This document shows positions 41,781 through 56,106 of a stretch of DNA of 64,000 bases, piece after piece. A model generated the notes under the pieces. That model ran no database searches and had not been told where the DNA came from. It saw only the letters and a list, made by a program, of their open reading frames with translations. This DNA comes from Eledone cirrhosa. Its lineage: Eukaryota. A program made the position numbers and the translations under genes. The DNA is taken from the NCBI GenBank assembly GCA_964016885.1, contig OZ024742.1, forward strand, positions 197,036,001-197,100,000, in the 5' to 3' direction. How positions within the stretch are numbered: the stretch's first letter is position 1; each line of letters opens with the position of its first letter.

Positions 41781-44700
41781 TTGGTGGTGGTGGTGGTGGT
41801 AGGTTGTGGTGATGACGGTGGTGATGGCGGTGGTGGTGGTGGTGGTGGTAGTGGTGGTGGTGGTGGTAGTGGTGGTGGTGGCAGTTGTGGTGATGACGGT
41901 GGTGGAGATGGCGGTGGTGGTGGAGATCGGGGTGGTGGTGGTTATGGTGATAGTGGTGGTGGAGATGGCGGTGGTGGTGGAGATGGCGGTGGTGGTGGTG
42001 TTAGTGGTGGTGGTGGCAGTTGTGGTGATGGTGGTGGTGGAGATGGTGGCGGTGATGGCGGCAGTGATGGTGGTGGAGATGGGGGTGGTGGTGGTTATGG
42101 TGATAGTGGTGGTGGAGATGGCGGTGGTGGTGGAGATGGCGGTGGTGGTGGTGGTAGTGGTGGTGGTGGCAGTTGTGGTGATGGTGGTGGTGGAGATGGT
42201 GGCGGTGATGGCGGCAGTGGTGGTGGTGGAGATGGGGGTGGTGGTGGTTATGGTGATAGTGGTGGTGGAGATGGCGCTGGTGGTGGAGATGGCGGTGGGG
42301 GTGGTAGTGGTGGTGATGGTGGTAGTGGTGGTGGTGGCAGTTGTGGTGATGGTGGTGGTGGAGATGGTGGCGGTGATGGCGGCAGTGGTGGTGATGGTGG
42401 TGGTTGTGGTGATGATGGTAGTGGTGGTGGTTGTGGTGACGGCGGTGGCGGTGGTGGTGGTGATTGTAGTGGTGGCGGTGGCCGTTGTGGTGATAATGGT
42501 GGTGCTTGTGGTGACGGAGTTGATGGTGGTGGTGATGGCGGTAGTGGGGGTGGTGGTAGTAGTGGTGGTAGTGATAGTAGTGGTAGTAGTGGTGATGGTG
42601 GCTGTGGTGGTTGTGTTGATAGTGGTGGTAGTAGTGGTGCTGGTGGCGGCAGTAGTGGTAGTGGTGGTGGTGATGATAGTAGTGATAGTTTGGTCGTAGA
42701 GGTAATGGTGGTAGTGGTGACAGCTGTGGCGATGATGGTGATGATAGTGGTGACGATAGTGATGATGATAGTGGAGGTGGTAGTGGTGATGATAGTGGAG
42801 GTGGTGGTGGTGATGATAGTGGAGGTGGTGATGATAGTGGTGGTGGTGGTGATAGTGTTGGTGATGATGATAGTGGAGGTGGTGATGATAGTAGTGGTGG
42901 TGATGATAGTGGTGGTGATGATGATAGTGGAGGTGGTGATGATAGTGGTGGTGGTGATGATAGTGGTGGTGGTGATGATAGTGGTGGTGGTGATGATAGT
43001 GGTGGTGGTGATGATAGTGGAGGTGGTGATGATAGTGGTGGTGGTGATGATAGTGGTGGTGGTGGTGGTGATGATAGTGGTGGTGGTGATGATAGTGGTG
43101 GTGGTGATGATATTGGTGGTGGTGGTGGTGATAGTGGTGGTGGTGATGATAGTGGTGGTGGTGATGATAGTGGTGGTGGTGATGATAGTGGTGGTGGTGA
43201 TGATAGTGGTGGTGGTGGTGGTGATGATAGTGGTGGTGGTGATGATAGTGGTGGTGGTGATGATATTGGTGGTGGTGGTGGTGATAGTGGTGGTGGTGAT
43301 GATAGTGGTGGTGGTGATGATAGTGGTGGTGGTGATGATAGTGGTGGTGGTGATGATAGTGGTGGTGGTGATGATAGTGGTGGTGGTGATGATAGTGGTG
43401 GTGGTGGTGGTGATGATAGTGGTGGTGGTGATGATAGTGGTGGTGGTGATGATATTGGTGGTGGTGGTGGTGATGATAGTGGAGGTGGTGATGATATTGG
43501 TGGTGGTGGTGGTGATGATAGTGGAGGTGGTGATGATAGTGGTGTTGGTGATGATAGTGGTGGTGGTGATGATAGTGGTGGTGGTGATGATATTGGTGGT
43601 GGTGGTGATAGTGGTGGTGGTGATGATAGTGGTGGTGGTGATGATAGTGGAGGTGGTGATGATAGTGGTGGTGGTGATGATAGTGGTGGTGGTGATGATA
43701 TTGGTGGTGGTGGTGGTGATGATAGTGGTGGTGGTGATGATAGTGGTGGTGGTGATGATAGTGGTGGTGGTGATGATAGTGGTGGTGGTGATGATATTGG
43801 TGGTGGTGGTGGTGATGATAGTGGTGGTGGTGATGATAGTGGTGGTGGTGATGATATTGGTGGTGGTGGTGGTGATGATAGTGGAGGTGGTGATGATAGT
43901 GGTGGTGGTGATGATAGTGGTGGTGGTGATGATAGTGGTGGTGGTGATGATAGTGGTGGTGGTGATGATAGTGGTGGTGGTGATGATAGTGGTGGTGGTG
44001 ATGATATTGGTGGTGGTGGTGGTGATGATAGTGGTGGTCGTGATGATAGTGGAGGTGGTGATGATATTGGTGGTGGTGGTGGTGATGATAGTGGTGGTGA
44101 TGATGATAGTGGTGGTGGTGATGATAGTGGTGGTGGTGATGATAGTGGTGGTGGTGATGATAGTGGTGGTGGTGATGATATTGGTGGTGGTGGTGGTGAT
44201 GATAGTGGAGGTGGTGATGATATTGGTGGTGGTGGTGGTGATGATAGTGGTGGTGATGATGATAGTGGTGGTGGTGATGATAGTGGTGGTGGTGATGATA
44301 GTGGTGGTGGTGATGATATTGGTGGTGGTGGTGGTGATGATAGTGGAGGTGGTGATGATATTGGTGGTGGTGGTGGTGATGATAGTGGTGGTGATGATGA
44401 TAGTGGAGGTGGTGATGATAGTGGTGGTGGTGATGATAGTGGTGGTGGTGATGATAGTGGTGGTGGTGGTGGTGATGATAGTGGTGGTGGTGATGATATT
44501 GGTGGTGGTGGTGATAGTGGTGGTGGTGATGATAGTGGTGGTGGTGATGATAGTGGAGGTGGTGATGATATTGGTGGTGGTGGTGGTGATGATAGTGGAG
44601 GTGGTGATGATATTGGTGGTGGTGGTGGTGATGATAGTGGTGGTGATGATGATATTGGTGGTGGTGGTGGTGATGATAGTGGAGGTGGTGATGATATTGG

Positions 44701-47700
44701 TGGTGGTGGTGGTGATGATAGTGGTGGTGATGATGATATTGGTGGTGGTGGTGATAGTGGTGGTGGTGATGATAGTGGTGGTGGTGATGATAGTGGAGGT
44801 GGTGATGATATTGGTGGTGGTGGTGGTGATGATAGTGGAGGTGGTGATGATATTGGTGGTGGTGGTGGTGATGATAGTGGTGGTGATGATGATATTGGTG
44901 GTGGTGGTGGTGATGATAGTGGAGGTGGTGATGATATTGGTGGTGGTGGTGGTGATGATAGTGGTGGTGATGATGATATTGGTGGTGGTGGTGGTGATGA
45001 TAGTGGAGGTGGTGATGATATTGGTGGTGGTGGTGGTGATGATAGTGGAGGTGGTGATGATAGTGGTGGTGATGATGATAGTGGAGGTGGTGATGATAGT
45101 GGTGGTGATGATGATAGTGGTGGTGGTGATGATAGTGGTGGTGGTGATGATAGTGGTGGTGGTGATGATATTGGTGGTGGTGATGATAGTGGTGGTGGTG
45201 ATGATAGTGGTGGTGGTGATGATAGTGGTGGTGGTGATGATAGTGGTGGTGGTGATGATAGTGGTGGTGGTGATGATAGTGGTGGTGGTGATGATAGTGG
45301 TGGTGGTGATGATAGTGGTGGTGGTGATGATATTGGTGGTGGTGGTGGTGATGATAGTGGAGGTGGTGATGATAGTGGAGGTGGTGATGATAGTGGTGGT
45401 GATGATGATAGTGGTGGTGGTGATGATAGTGGAGGTGGTGATGATAGTGGTGGTGATGATGATAGTGGTGGTGGTGATGATAGTGGTGGTGGTGATGATA
45501 GTGGTGGTGGTGATGATAGTGGTGGTGGTGATGATAGTGGTGGTGGTGATGATAGTGGTGGTGGTGATGATATTGGTGGTGGTGGTGGTGATGATAGTGG
45601 AGGTGGTGATGATATTGGTGGTGGTGGTGGTGATGATAGTGGTGGTGATGATGATAGTGGTGGTGGTGATGATAGTGGTGGTGGTGATGATAGTGGTGGT
45701 GGTGATGATAGTGGTGGTGGTGATGATAGTGGTGGTGGTGATGATAGTGGTGGTGGTGATGATAGTGGTGGTGATGATGATAGTGGAGGTGGTGATGATA
45801 GTGGTGGTGATGATGATAGTGGTGGTGGTGATGATAGTGGTGGTGGTGATGATAGTGGTGGTGGTGATGATAGTGGAGGTGGTGATGATAGTGGTGGTGG
45901 TGATGATAGTGGTGGTGGTGGTGGTGATGATAGTGGTGGTGGTGATGATAGTGGTGGTGGTGATGATAGTGGTGGTGGTGGTGGTGATGATAGTGGAGGT
46001 GGTGATGATAGTGGTGGTGGTGATGATAGTGGAGGTGGTGATGATAGTGGTGGTGGTGATGATAGTGGTGGTGGTGATGATAGTGGTGGTGGTGATGATA
46101 GTGGTGGTGGTGATGATAGTGGTGGTGATGATGATAGTGGAGGTGGTGATGATAGTGGTGGTGGTGATGATAGTGGTGGTGGTGATGATAGTGGTGGTGG
46201 TGATGATAGTGGTGGTGGTGGTGGTGATGATAGTGGTGGTGGTGATGATAGTGGTGGTGGTGATGATAGTGGTGGTGGTGGTGGTGATGATAGTGGAGGT
46301 GGTGATGATAGTGGTGGTGGTGATGATAGTGGAGGTGGTGATGATAGTGGTGGTGGTGATGATAGTGGTGGTGGTGATGATAGTGGTGGTGGTGATGATA
46401 GTGGTGGTGGTGGTGGTGATGATAGTGGAGGTGGTGATGATAGTGGTGGTGATGATGATAGTGGAGGTGGTGATGATAGTGGTGGTGGTGATGATAGTGG
46501 TGGTGGTGATGATAGTGGTGGTGGTGATGATAGTGGTGGTGGTGGTGGTGATGATAGTGGAGGTGGTGATGATAGTGGAGGTGGTGATGATAGTGGTGGT
46601 GGTGATGATAGTGGTGGTGGTGATGATAGTGGTGGTGATGATGATAGTGGTGGTGGTGATGATAGTGGTGGTGGTGATGATAGTGGTGGTGGTGGTGGTG
46701 ATGATAGTGGTGGTGGTGATGATAGTGGTGGTGGTGATGATAGTGGTGGTGGTGGTGGTGATGATAGTGGAGGTGGTGATGATAGTGGTGGTGGTGATGA
46801 TAGTGGTGGTGGTGATGATAGTGGTGGTGGTGATGATAGTGGTGGTGGTGATGATATTGGTGGTGGTGGTGGTGATGATAGTGGTGGTGGTGATGATAGT
46901 GGTGGTGGTGGTGGTGATGATAGTGGTGGTGGTGATGATAGTGGTGGTGGTGATGATAGTGGTGGTGGTGGTGGTGATGATAGTGGAGGTGGTGATGATA
47001 GTGGTGGTGGTGATGATAGTGGTGGTGGTGGTGGTGATGATAGTGGTGGTGGTGATGATAGTGGTGGTGGTGATGATATTGGTGGTGGTGGTGGTGATGA
47101 TAGTGGAGGTGGTGATGATATTGGTGGTGGTGGTGGTGATGATAGTGGTGGTGATGATGATAGTGGTGGTGGTGATGATAGTGGTGGTGGTGATGATAGT
47201 GGTGGTGGTGATGATAGTGGTGGTGGTGATGATATTGGTGGTGGTGGTGGTGATGATAGTGGAGGTGGTGATGATATTGGTGGTGGTGGTGGTGATGATA
47301 GTGGTGGTGATGATGATAGTGGTGGTGGTGATGATAGTGGTGGTGGTGATGATAGTGGTGGTGGTGATGATAGTGGTGGTGGTGATGATATTGGTGGTGG
47401 TGGTGGTGATGATAGTGGAGGTGGTGATGATATTGGTGGTGGTGGTGGTGATGATAGTGGTGGTGATGATGATAGTGGAGGTGGTGATGATAGTGGTGGT
47501 GGTGATGATAGTGGTGGTGGTGGTGGTGATGATAGTGGTGGTGATGATGATAGTGGAGGTGGTGATGATAGTGGTGGTGGTGATGATAGTGGTGGTGGTG
47601 ATGATAGTGGTGGTGGTGATGATAGTGGTGGTGGTGATGATAGTGGAGGTGGTGATGATAGTGGTGGTGGTGATGATATTGGTGGTGGTGGTGGTGATGA

Positions 47701-49130
47701 TAGTGGTGGTGGTGATGATATTGGTGGTGGTGGTGGTGATGATAGTGGAGGTGGTGATGATATTGGTGGTGGTGGTGGTGATGATAGTGGTGGTGATGAT
47801 GATAGTGGTGTTGGTGATGATAGTGGTGGTGGTGATGATAGTGGTGGTGGTGATGATAGTGGTGGTGGTGATGATAGTGGTGGTGGTGATGATAGTGGAG
47901 GTGGTGATGATAGTGGTGGTGGTGATGATAGTGGTGGTGGTGGTGGTGATGATAGTGGTGGTGGTGATGATAGTGGTGGTGGTGATGATATTGGTGGTGG
48001 TGGTGGTGATAGTGGTGGTGGTGATGATAGTGGTGGTGGTGATGATAGTGGTGGTGGTGATGATAGTGGTGGTGGTGATGATAGTGGTGGTGGTGGTGGT
48101 GATGATAGTGGAGGTGGTGATGATATTGGTGGTGGTGGTGGTGATAGTGGAGGTGGTGATGATAGTGGTGGTGGTGATGATATTGGTGGTGGTGGTGGTG
48201 ATAGTGGTGGTGGTGATGATAGTGGTGGTGGTGATGATAGTGGTGGTGGTGATGATAGTGGTGGTGGTGATGATAGTGGTGGTGGTGATGATAGTGGAGG
48301 TGGTGATGATATTGGTGGTGGTGGTGGTGATGATAGTGGTGGTGGTGATGATAGTGGTGGTGGTGATGATAGTGGTGGTGGTGATGATAGTGGTGGTGGT
48401 GATGATAGTGGTGGTGGTGATGATATTGGTGGTGGTGGTGGTGATGATAGTGGAGGTGGTGATGATATTGGTGGTGGTGGTGGTGATGATAGTGGAGGTG
48501 GTGATGATAGTGGTGGTGATGATGATAGTGGTGGTGGTGATGATAGTGGTGGTGGTGATGATAGTGGTGGTGGTGATGATAGTGGTGGTGGTGATGATAG
48601 TGGAGGTGGTGATGATATTGGTGGTAGTGATGATAGTGGTGGTGGTGGTGATAGTGTTGGTGGTGGTGATAGTGGTGGTGGTGGTGGTGATGATAGTGGT
48701 GGTAGTGATGATAGTGGAGGTGGTGATGATATTGGTGGTAGTGATGATAGTGGTGGTGGTGGTGATAGTGTTGGTGATGATAGTGGTGGTGGTGATGATA
48801 GTGGTGGTGATGATAGTGGTGGTGGTGGTGGTGATAGTGATGGTGGTGGTGATAGTGGTGGTGATGATAGTGGTGGTGATGATAGTGGTGGTGGTGGCAG
48901 AAGCGATGGTGGTGATGATAGTGGTGGTGGTGACGATAGTGGTGGTGATGATAGTGGTGGTGGTGATGATAGTGGTGGTGGTGATAATAGTGATGGTGGT
49001 GATGATAATGATGGTGATGATAGTGGTGGTGGTGATGATAGTGGTGGTGATGGCAGAAGCGATGGTGGTGACGATAGTGGTGGTGATGATAGTGATGGTG
49101 GTGGCAGAAGCGATGGTGGTGGTGGCGGCG
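41781..49130. repeat. 7.3-kb GGT/GAT minisatellite (core ATGATAGTGGTGGTGGTG, 18- and 24-nt variants)
   Basis: Directly visible. Homogeneous core about 42720-49100; a degenerate GGT/GGC block at 41781-42690. Confidence 0.97.
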
Positions 49131-49583
49131 TTGATGTCCCAAATTATTTAATGGAGATATCGGGGGAATACGACCTAAAAGATGATGGCTTCTGTGAAAC
49201 ATTATCCCCCGAGAAGGGTTGCAATAACAAATACCAGTCACTGAGAAGGCTTTTACACTAACACGCATTCTTCTGGGTGCAGAGTTTCTGTTAAATGAAT
49301 AAACAGTAATTAACGACTTAAATGAGTAAACAGTAATTAGCGCGTTCCTTAAAACATAATTGTATTGATGCAAACAGACAGAAACCTAAAAAAAAAAAAA
49401 ATAAAATAAATAAACAGGGTCACAGAAACTAACAACACCTGTGGTGTTGTATGGTTTTGAAGGACAGGATTGGCTTTTACTTTACAAGTATGTCTTGTGC
49501 TGTGAAAACGCGTGGCTTGAAATTTAGGCTATTCGGCTCACACTCGTAAGGTCGTGCGTTCTACTCTCGGCAGTATGTATGTA

Positions 49584-49631
<48 letters not shown>

Positions 49632-49764
49632 TTATCGCTCCAACGTGAGGTATATGATTTTTAATGCGATGAAATACCCATGATCGTTTGGTAAATCACT
49701 GATGAGGGACTCATTTTATAACATGTTATCCATGTGCAACCAGTAGTATTCTTCTCACCCATAT

Positions 49765-49831
<67 letters not shown>

Positions 49832-49921
49832 AGTAGTAACACAACAGTTAGTTCACCATACCGAGAAAAATTGTTTCATCTTATGCGGATCTTCATTTCG
49901 GACTGGTTATGTTATATATAA

Positions 49922-50355
49922 GGGCGGTGGATTGGCAGTATCGGTAGAGGGTGGGATGCCATGCTTTGAGGCATAGAGTTACCTCCCTGTATGATCTGAG
50001 TTCAAATCCCGCCGAGGTTAACTTTGCCTTTCATCCTTCCGGGGTCGATAAAATAAAGTACCAGTAATGCACTGGTTAATTGCTGGCCTTGTGCCAAAAG
50101 TAGAAACAATTATATTATATTTATTATATTATATTATATTAATTATATTAGATTATATTATATTATCGGTGGATTGGCAGTATCGGTAGAGGGTCGGACG
50201 CCATGCTTTGACGCATAGAGTTACGGCCCTTGCCATTCTGAATTCAAATCCCACCGAGGTTAACTTTGCCTTTCATCCTTATGGGGTCGATAAAATAAAG
50301 TACCAGTAATGCACTGGGTAATTGCTGGCCTTGTGCCAAAAAGTAGAAACAATTA
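49922..50355 (+). mobile_element. Two tandem family-1 SINEs, each followed by (ATATT)n
   Basis: Copies at 49922-50112 and 50167-50355. Confidence 0.87.
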
Positions 50356-51715
50356 TATAATATAAATTATATTATATTATATTAATTATATTATATTATA
50401 TTATATTATATTATATAGTGGCACGTGGCTTTGTGGATAGGGAATTCGGCTCACGATCGTAAGGTCGCGAATTCAATTTCCAGTGACATACTGTGTCCTT
50501 GAGCAAGCCACTTTATTTCACGTTGTTCTCGTCCACTCATCTGGCAAACATGAGTTGTCACATTCTTTATCACGCTGAATCTCCCGAGAACTACGTTAAG
50601 AGTACGCGTGTTTGTGGAGTGCTCAGTCACTTTTACGTTAATTTCACGAGCAGGCTGTTCCGTTGTTCTAATCAACTGAAATATTCGTCGTCGTGACTGA
50701 CGGAGTGCCAGTTAGTTATTATCCAATGTCTAAAAACCCAAACGGGGGAGTGTTATGAAAAAAAGTATCCCAAAATGGGGAGATTTTACATAATGAAAGT
50801 TATACCCATTTTCACAAGAGAAGTGATCTCTTACCCACCCCAAAGTGGGTGGGAGATCTCGTCGTACGGGGATAGTGTAATAGATACAGGAAGGGGAAAA
50901 GTGTGTTTAAAGGAATGTGTGTCACATGCTTTTTTAGCCGAGTATTTCTAACAATAACAAACGAAAGAGCCTCTAAACGGTCTAACAATCTGCTAAAAAT
51001 GAGAACTAAATTTGTATCAAATCATACACATATCGTCTTGAATGTTTGATTAAATTGACTAACACTTCTTCTAAATGCGTTGTCTCGTACCTATAATAGA
51101 ATTTATTACCTATGTTTTAAGTTATGATTCAAATTAATGGCCAATGAGATTTTGTTTATTTTAACTCATTCATTTTCATGGAGGATAGAGGGAACCTTCA
51201 TCTGTTTCGACGATGAGTGTTCCAGTTATTCGAGCAAAGGAGCAACCTGCTCATGAAATTAACATATAAGTGGTTGAGTATTCCACAGACACGTAAACCA
51301 ATAACGTAATCTTCAGCGTGATATAGGGTGTGATAAGGCCGGCCCTTTGAATTACAGATACAGTCCATCCAACGATCTTCCGAACACCCTTCGTCTATCC
51401 ACAAGGCATGGCTCGACACTACAAAGCTTCCATGCAGTGGAATCGAATTTGGGGCTTAATGTTTGCGAAGCAAACGTCATAATCATTCAGCCATGCTGCA
51501 TTCCCGATATCTAGTCGTAAAATTATTATTATTATTATATATATATATCATCATCATCATCGTTTAACGTCTTTCTTCCACGCTAGCATGGATTAGACGG
51601 TTAAGCGGTGCCTCCTGACTGTAGGTTTGTATGTAAGGGAAGGCGAGCCGCCAAACATCTCGATCCAGTGACATTGTGTTAGAGAGGTGTAAGTGAGCAG
51701 GATCTCGATACAGTG

Positions 51716-51789
<74 letters not shown>

Positions 51790-51793
<4 letters not shown>

Positions 51794-52401
51794 ATAAGAG
51801 ACGGAGAATGTGTTTGGTGCACAATAACAACAAACACATATAAACACACACACAAAACACTATACACACACGCAAACGCATGCGCAGAGACGGAGACAAA
51901 AATAAATAAATAGCTAAAATAAAAATGGCGTAGACATTACGATACATAGAATACAGTAGGGGAAAACAGGATAATAGTACCACTGATGATGTTGCAGATG
52001 TGCAACAAAAGAACTTTGTTAGACTATATATATGTATTTATATCAAAGGTATATATTGAGTTAGAAACTCAAAATAGTCTCTTACTATAAAATAGTTCTA
52101 AGAAAGAGATTTTTCCGAGCCGTATATTATAATTGAATATAAAAGTTAGTCTATAGTTAGTATTCTTTTCACCTTAGCGAATCTGGCCCCTTGCGATTTG
52201 AACACATATATGTATATATCTGTGTTCGTTTTTCTTTTGTATTTATATCTGTATTTTTGACTGTTGGTCAGTCAATGATAAACATTGATGGCCGGATGAA
52301 TTAACTATGGAGATGCAGAAGCGAAAACCAACCAAACAGTGAGTGTGTTCTGTAATTATTTCTAGCAATATTATTACAACAATATGAACCTCCACAAGTA
52401 T

Positions 52402-52408
<7 letters not shown>
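51790..52408 (+). mobile_element. Family B element, longer variant with an inactivated hammerhead
   Basis: CTGATGA tgttgcagatgtgcaac AAAAG AA CTT (GAAA mutated to AAAA). Shares gcgaaaaccaaccaaacagtgagtgtgttctg with about 16592-16623. Confidence 0.75.
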
Positions 52409-52430
<22 letters not shown>

Positions 52431-52438
<8 letters not shown>

Positions 52439-52680
52439 TAAGAGGAATTCCAACTTTGTCTGATTTACTCGTTTTATTTACAATCCTTTAAAATATATAA
52501 TGGTATTATAATGAAATAGTATGATAGAATATTAAATTCTAAGTGTTAATTGAACAAGTACTTTCATGCTTTCGCAATCTTCAGGTTCATAATATGTGGT
52601 GACAGTCGAGTTTGCAATTTTCAACTGTGGAATTCCTCTTATTAATATAATCTTCTATACACAATCATACACACCCGTGT
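52431..52680 (-). mobile_element. Short fold-back element with a hammerhead
   Basis: 52431-52452 is inverted at 52628-52649, followed by a ~30-nt tail. Confidence 0.72.
52551..52589 (-). ncRNA. Minimal type I hammerhead ribozyme
   Basis: Minus strand: TGAAC CTGAAGA t TGC-gaaa-GCA t GAAAG TA CTT GTTCA. Perfect stem I, GNRA-capped stem II and palindromic stem III (AGTACT). Confidence 0.8.
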
Positions 52681-52698
52681 ATATCTACCTATCTATAT

Positions 52699-52739
<41 letters not shown>

Positions 52740-55700
52740 AACAACGATGAGGCTTGATTTACATGTATTTAGATTTTTATTGTGAATCGACCTTTTACGC
52801 GCGTTTCGCAGAGGGTTCATTGAATCACTTACACACTATATATGTATATACACATATGCAATACTGACTGGAATCTCAACTCAAATATTCTGGGATGATG
52901 CGGGACTAAACAATACAAGAGCATCAACTGTTTTGAATAGAAAACTTTTAAGTTATCATTTATGTTAATACTAGAAAAACTGCTCGTAGTCAATGTGTTA
53001 ACTAAATAAACCTGCTTAATCGCAGATTTTATTTTAAAACAATGTAGAAATTTCTTCATTTAACTATGAGTACATGAGAATTATTTAGTGAAATGACAAA
53101 TTAGTAGATCTATTAAGAAATAACTATTTACCTACGGTTTCTATCTGGCTTAACTTAATTCAACTTCAGTTGCACCAGTGACCTTTCAACAGTGTTATTT
53201 GTTTTGGCGTAGTTGTTCGCTTCGGTTCAACATAAAGTTGAAACGCATTCTTTACAAGTTAATCTTTTCCATCAAAGCTATATATTCGTAACTATTAAAG
53301 TCAACTTTTAGGCGGCCGCCTTCGTACGATAACAGTTTTAACACCTGCAAATTGCTCGGTATCTGATTAAATAAAGCTAAGCGTTAATAGTTGTTGTAGG
53401 TATTCATTTAGAAGTAAGATGATAAGCACTACAGTACTAATAAGTAAAATATGGAGTCATCGAGCCGGTTTCATTACATAGTTAATACCGTTTAGTTTCA
53501 TTTTTGTAGCTATTGTTCATGAACGTGTTCAACATTTCGTTGCTATTCCATAAAAGGTTTTGGTTTTGTGATGGTGTTAGATTTTAATATAATTTCAATC
53601 ATATGGATCACACGGTATAGCTGACGTAGTTAGAATAGCACAACCCAGATAATGGCCTAAATAACAGATGTCGGCAATGGGTAATGAAAAGAGACCATCA
53701 GGATTTTGTTTATTATCAGGACATAGCTACTTAATAATATCATAACACAATTTACATTTCATTTTATATTTTCCAGTTAAATAGTATTTCGTGTCTCCCT
53801 AATAATAATTATTTCTAATTTAAGCACAAGGCCACCAATTTAGGGCAAAACCAGCAGTTTAGAAAGCCGGCTATATCGATCCCAGAAGGATGACCGGCAA
53901 AGTCAACCTGGACAGGATTTGAACTCAGAACGCAAAAAAACGTAACTAAATGCCGCAAAGTATTTTGTTCAACGTTCTAATGATTCTAGCAATCTATGTT
54001 AGAATGACCTTCCATATGCAGAATGCTCTTCTGCCTTTTCCTAACAAATAGGTATAAAGTAATGCAGTAAACTATATTGTTTCCCAAAACTATGATGTTT
54101 CAAAAGCTCGCTGAAGTAAAAATTATTTTTCTTTCCTCGCTCATTAATAAATTTATATAGTACAAGTCTATACGTCGTCCCAGCAGACGTATACATGCAT
54201 AAAACATACATCTACACTGTCTAAAAAAGTATGTCATAAGCCAGAAGAATCATTTGGCCAGTGTTCATCCCGGTATCATGGCGTGAAGCGACTGAGAGTA
54301 CAAGACTCCCCCATGGACAGGACGTCAGTCCATTGCAGGGTTAAACCCCCAGCTATTGCTGGTACTCATTTTCAGCTGAGTATACTGGAGCAACGTGAAA
54401 TGAACTGTTTTGCTCAAGAACACAACACGCAACCAAACCAGGAATCGAACCCACGACATTATGATCGTAAGTCCAACACCCTTACCACTAGGTCACGTGC
54501 GTCCACATAGATCTACACAGATACACGCATATATACATACACGTACACACAACAAACCATTCAAACAAATACGCTAACACACAAACAAATACACATATAC
54601 GACAAACAGAACAAACGGATATATATATACACAAAGTTTCAATAAGTACGTAAACATAGAAATACACACATCAAAATGTTTACGTGTAACACAAAACCAA
54701 CACAAACAAGAGCTAATGTTAGAACACGTCCTCCACAATACAAACACTAAAAAGAAAGGGATCTGTCGATATTATTTTTTTATAGCAATATATAATTATG
54801 GAATATAGAACATTAACCGACGATGCAAGTTATGGCGAAACTTGTAGTCATATTGAAATGACGGAATAATCAGTTAATTATAATAACTAGTAGAAAAAAC
54901 CACCCTTCTTGTGGTTTTCTGCGAGCATATGTAGTGTCATCGTAATTGACATTATGCACAGAAATTGAAGAGAGACTGTGTTACACGCTCTTCTGTAATC
55001 AGTAAAGTAATCCATGATATATTTAAAAAAGACGATATTATATATAAACTGCATTAGGAGAAAATTAGCGACGGAAATATATGCGATGTTTTTATATGTG
55101 TTATAATATAACGGGCACTAACCGGAAGTGTTGACATTTGAAAATTTTAAAGAAGTGAATCTTTAAATAAACAATAGAATTATTTAATCAAGAGTTGCGA
55201 AATTTAGTACAAAAATTATGTAATATTCATTCATTGTTTATTCAAAGTAATCCAACTTATTTTACAAATGGGAAAAAAAAATATTCTGGACGCAGTCCCG
55301 CACTCCTTTCTACTAACGATTTATAATTTAGTCACAAAGCCAATAATTTGCGGGTATGGGAAAGTCTATTAAATCGAAATTAGTACTTGACTGGTACTTT
55401 ATTTTACAAAACGGAGAGATGAAAGCTAACGTTGATCACGACAGGATTTGAACCAAGAACGTTACGAGCCTTGATTAAATTTCGCAAAGTATATTGCACA
55501 ACCTTCTAACCTGCCAATCCACCAACCTAACGTACCGCTATGAAATGCATGCATGGTCCCGTAACACTCGAGAAAATCGTAGGGGCACCGTATTGACATA
55601 CGGCATTTCTAGGGCATATGCTTTTAAAACATGGCAGAGCCCATCACTCTCCAGTCCTGAGTACAGCAGGTTTCTTCTAGAGAAGGATAGAAAGTGAAAG

Positions 55701-55889
55701 AATGGAAGTGAGAAAGAGATATAGAAGTAGAATCGACCCCAGGACTTGACTGGTACTTTTTATCGACCTCGAATGGATGAAAGGCAAAGTTGACCTCACC
55801 GGGTTTGAGCAGAGGGCCGCAACATATACCGCAAAGGATTCTATCCGCTGTTCTAACAACTTTGGTAAATCGCCGGCTCACCTTGAAAT

Positions 55890-56106
55890 AATGGTTTCTT
55901 ATATAGGCACAAGGCCAGTAATCTGGGGGAGGGGGGAGTCGATTAAATCTACCCCAGTGCGTGACTGGTACTTTATTTTATCGACCCCGTAAGGATGAAA
56001 GGCAAAGTTAACCTCGGCGTGATTTGAACTCAGATCATAAAGAGCCGTAACTCTATGCTGAAAAGCATGGTGTTCGACCCTCTACCGATACTGCCAATCC
56101 ACCGCC
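55890..56106 (-). mobile_element. tRNA-derived SINE, family 1 (further diverged copies at 53808-53995, 55320-55520, 59065-59267)
   Basis: Full-length reverse-complement match. Confidence 0.85.

Noticed and set aside
41733-49373. 2546-aa His-rich and 2459-aa Val-rich ORFs as real genes
   Set aside because: Both strands are open because of the triplet repeat. The register flips from His to Thr near 42690, there are no domains, and the ORFs are intronic.
54886-55314. Possible MITE with tagtagaaa/tttctacta ends
   Set aside because: Only a 9-bp inverted match, with no TSD and no second copy.
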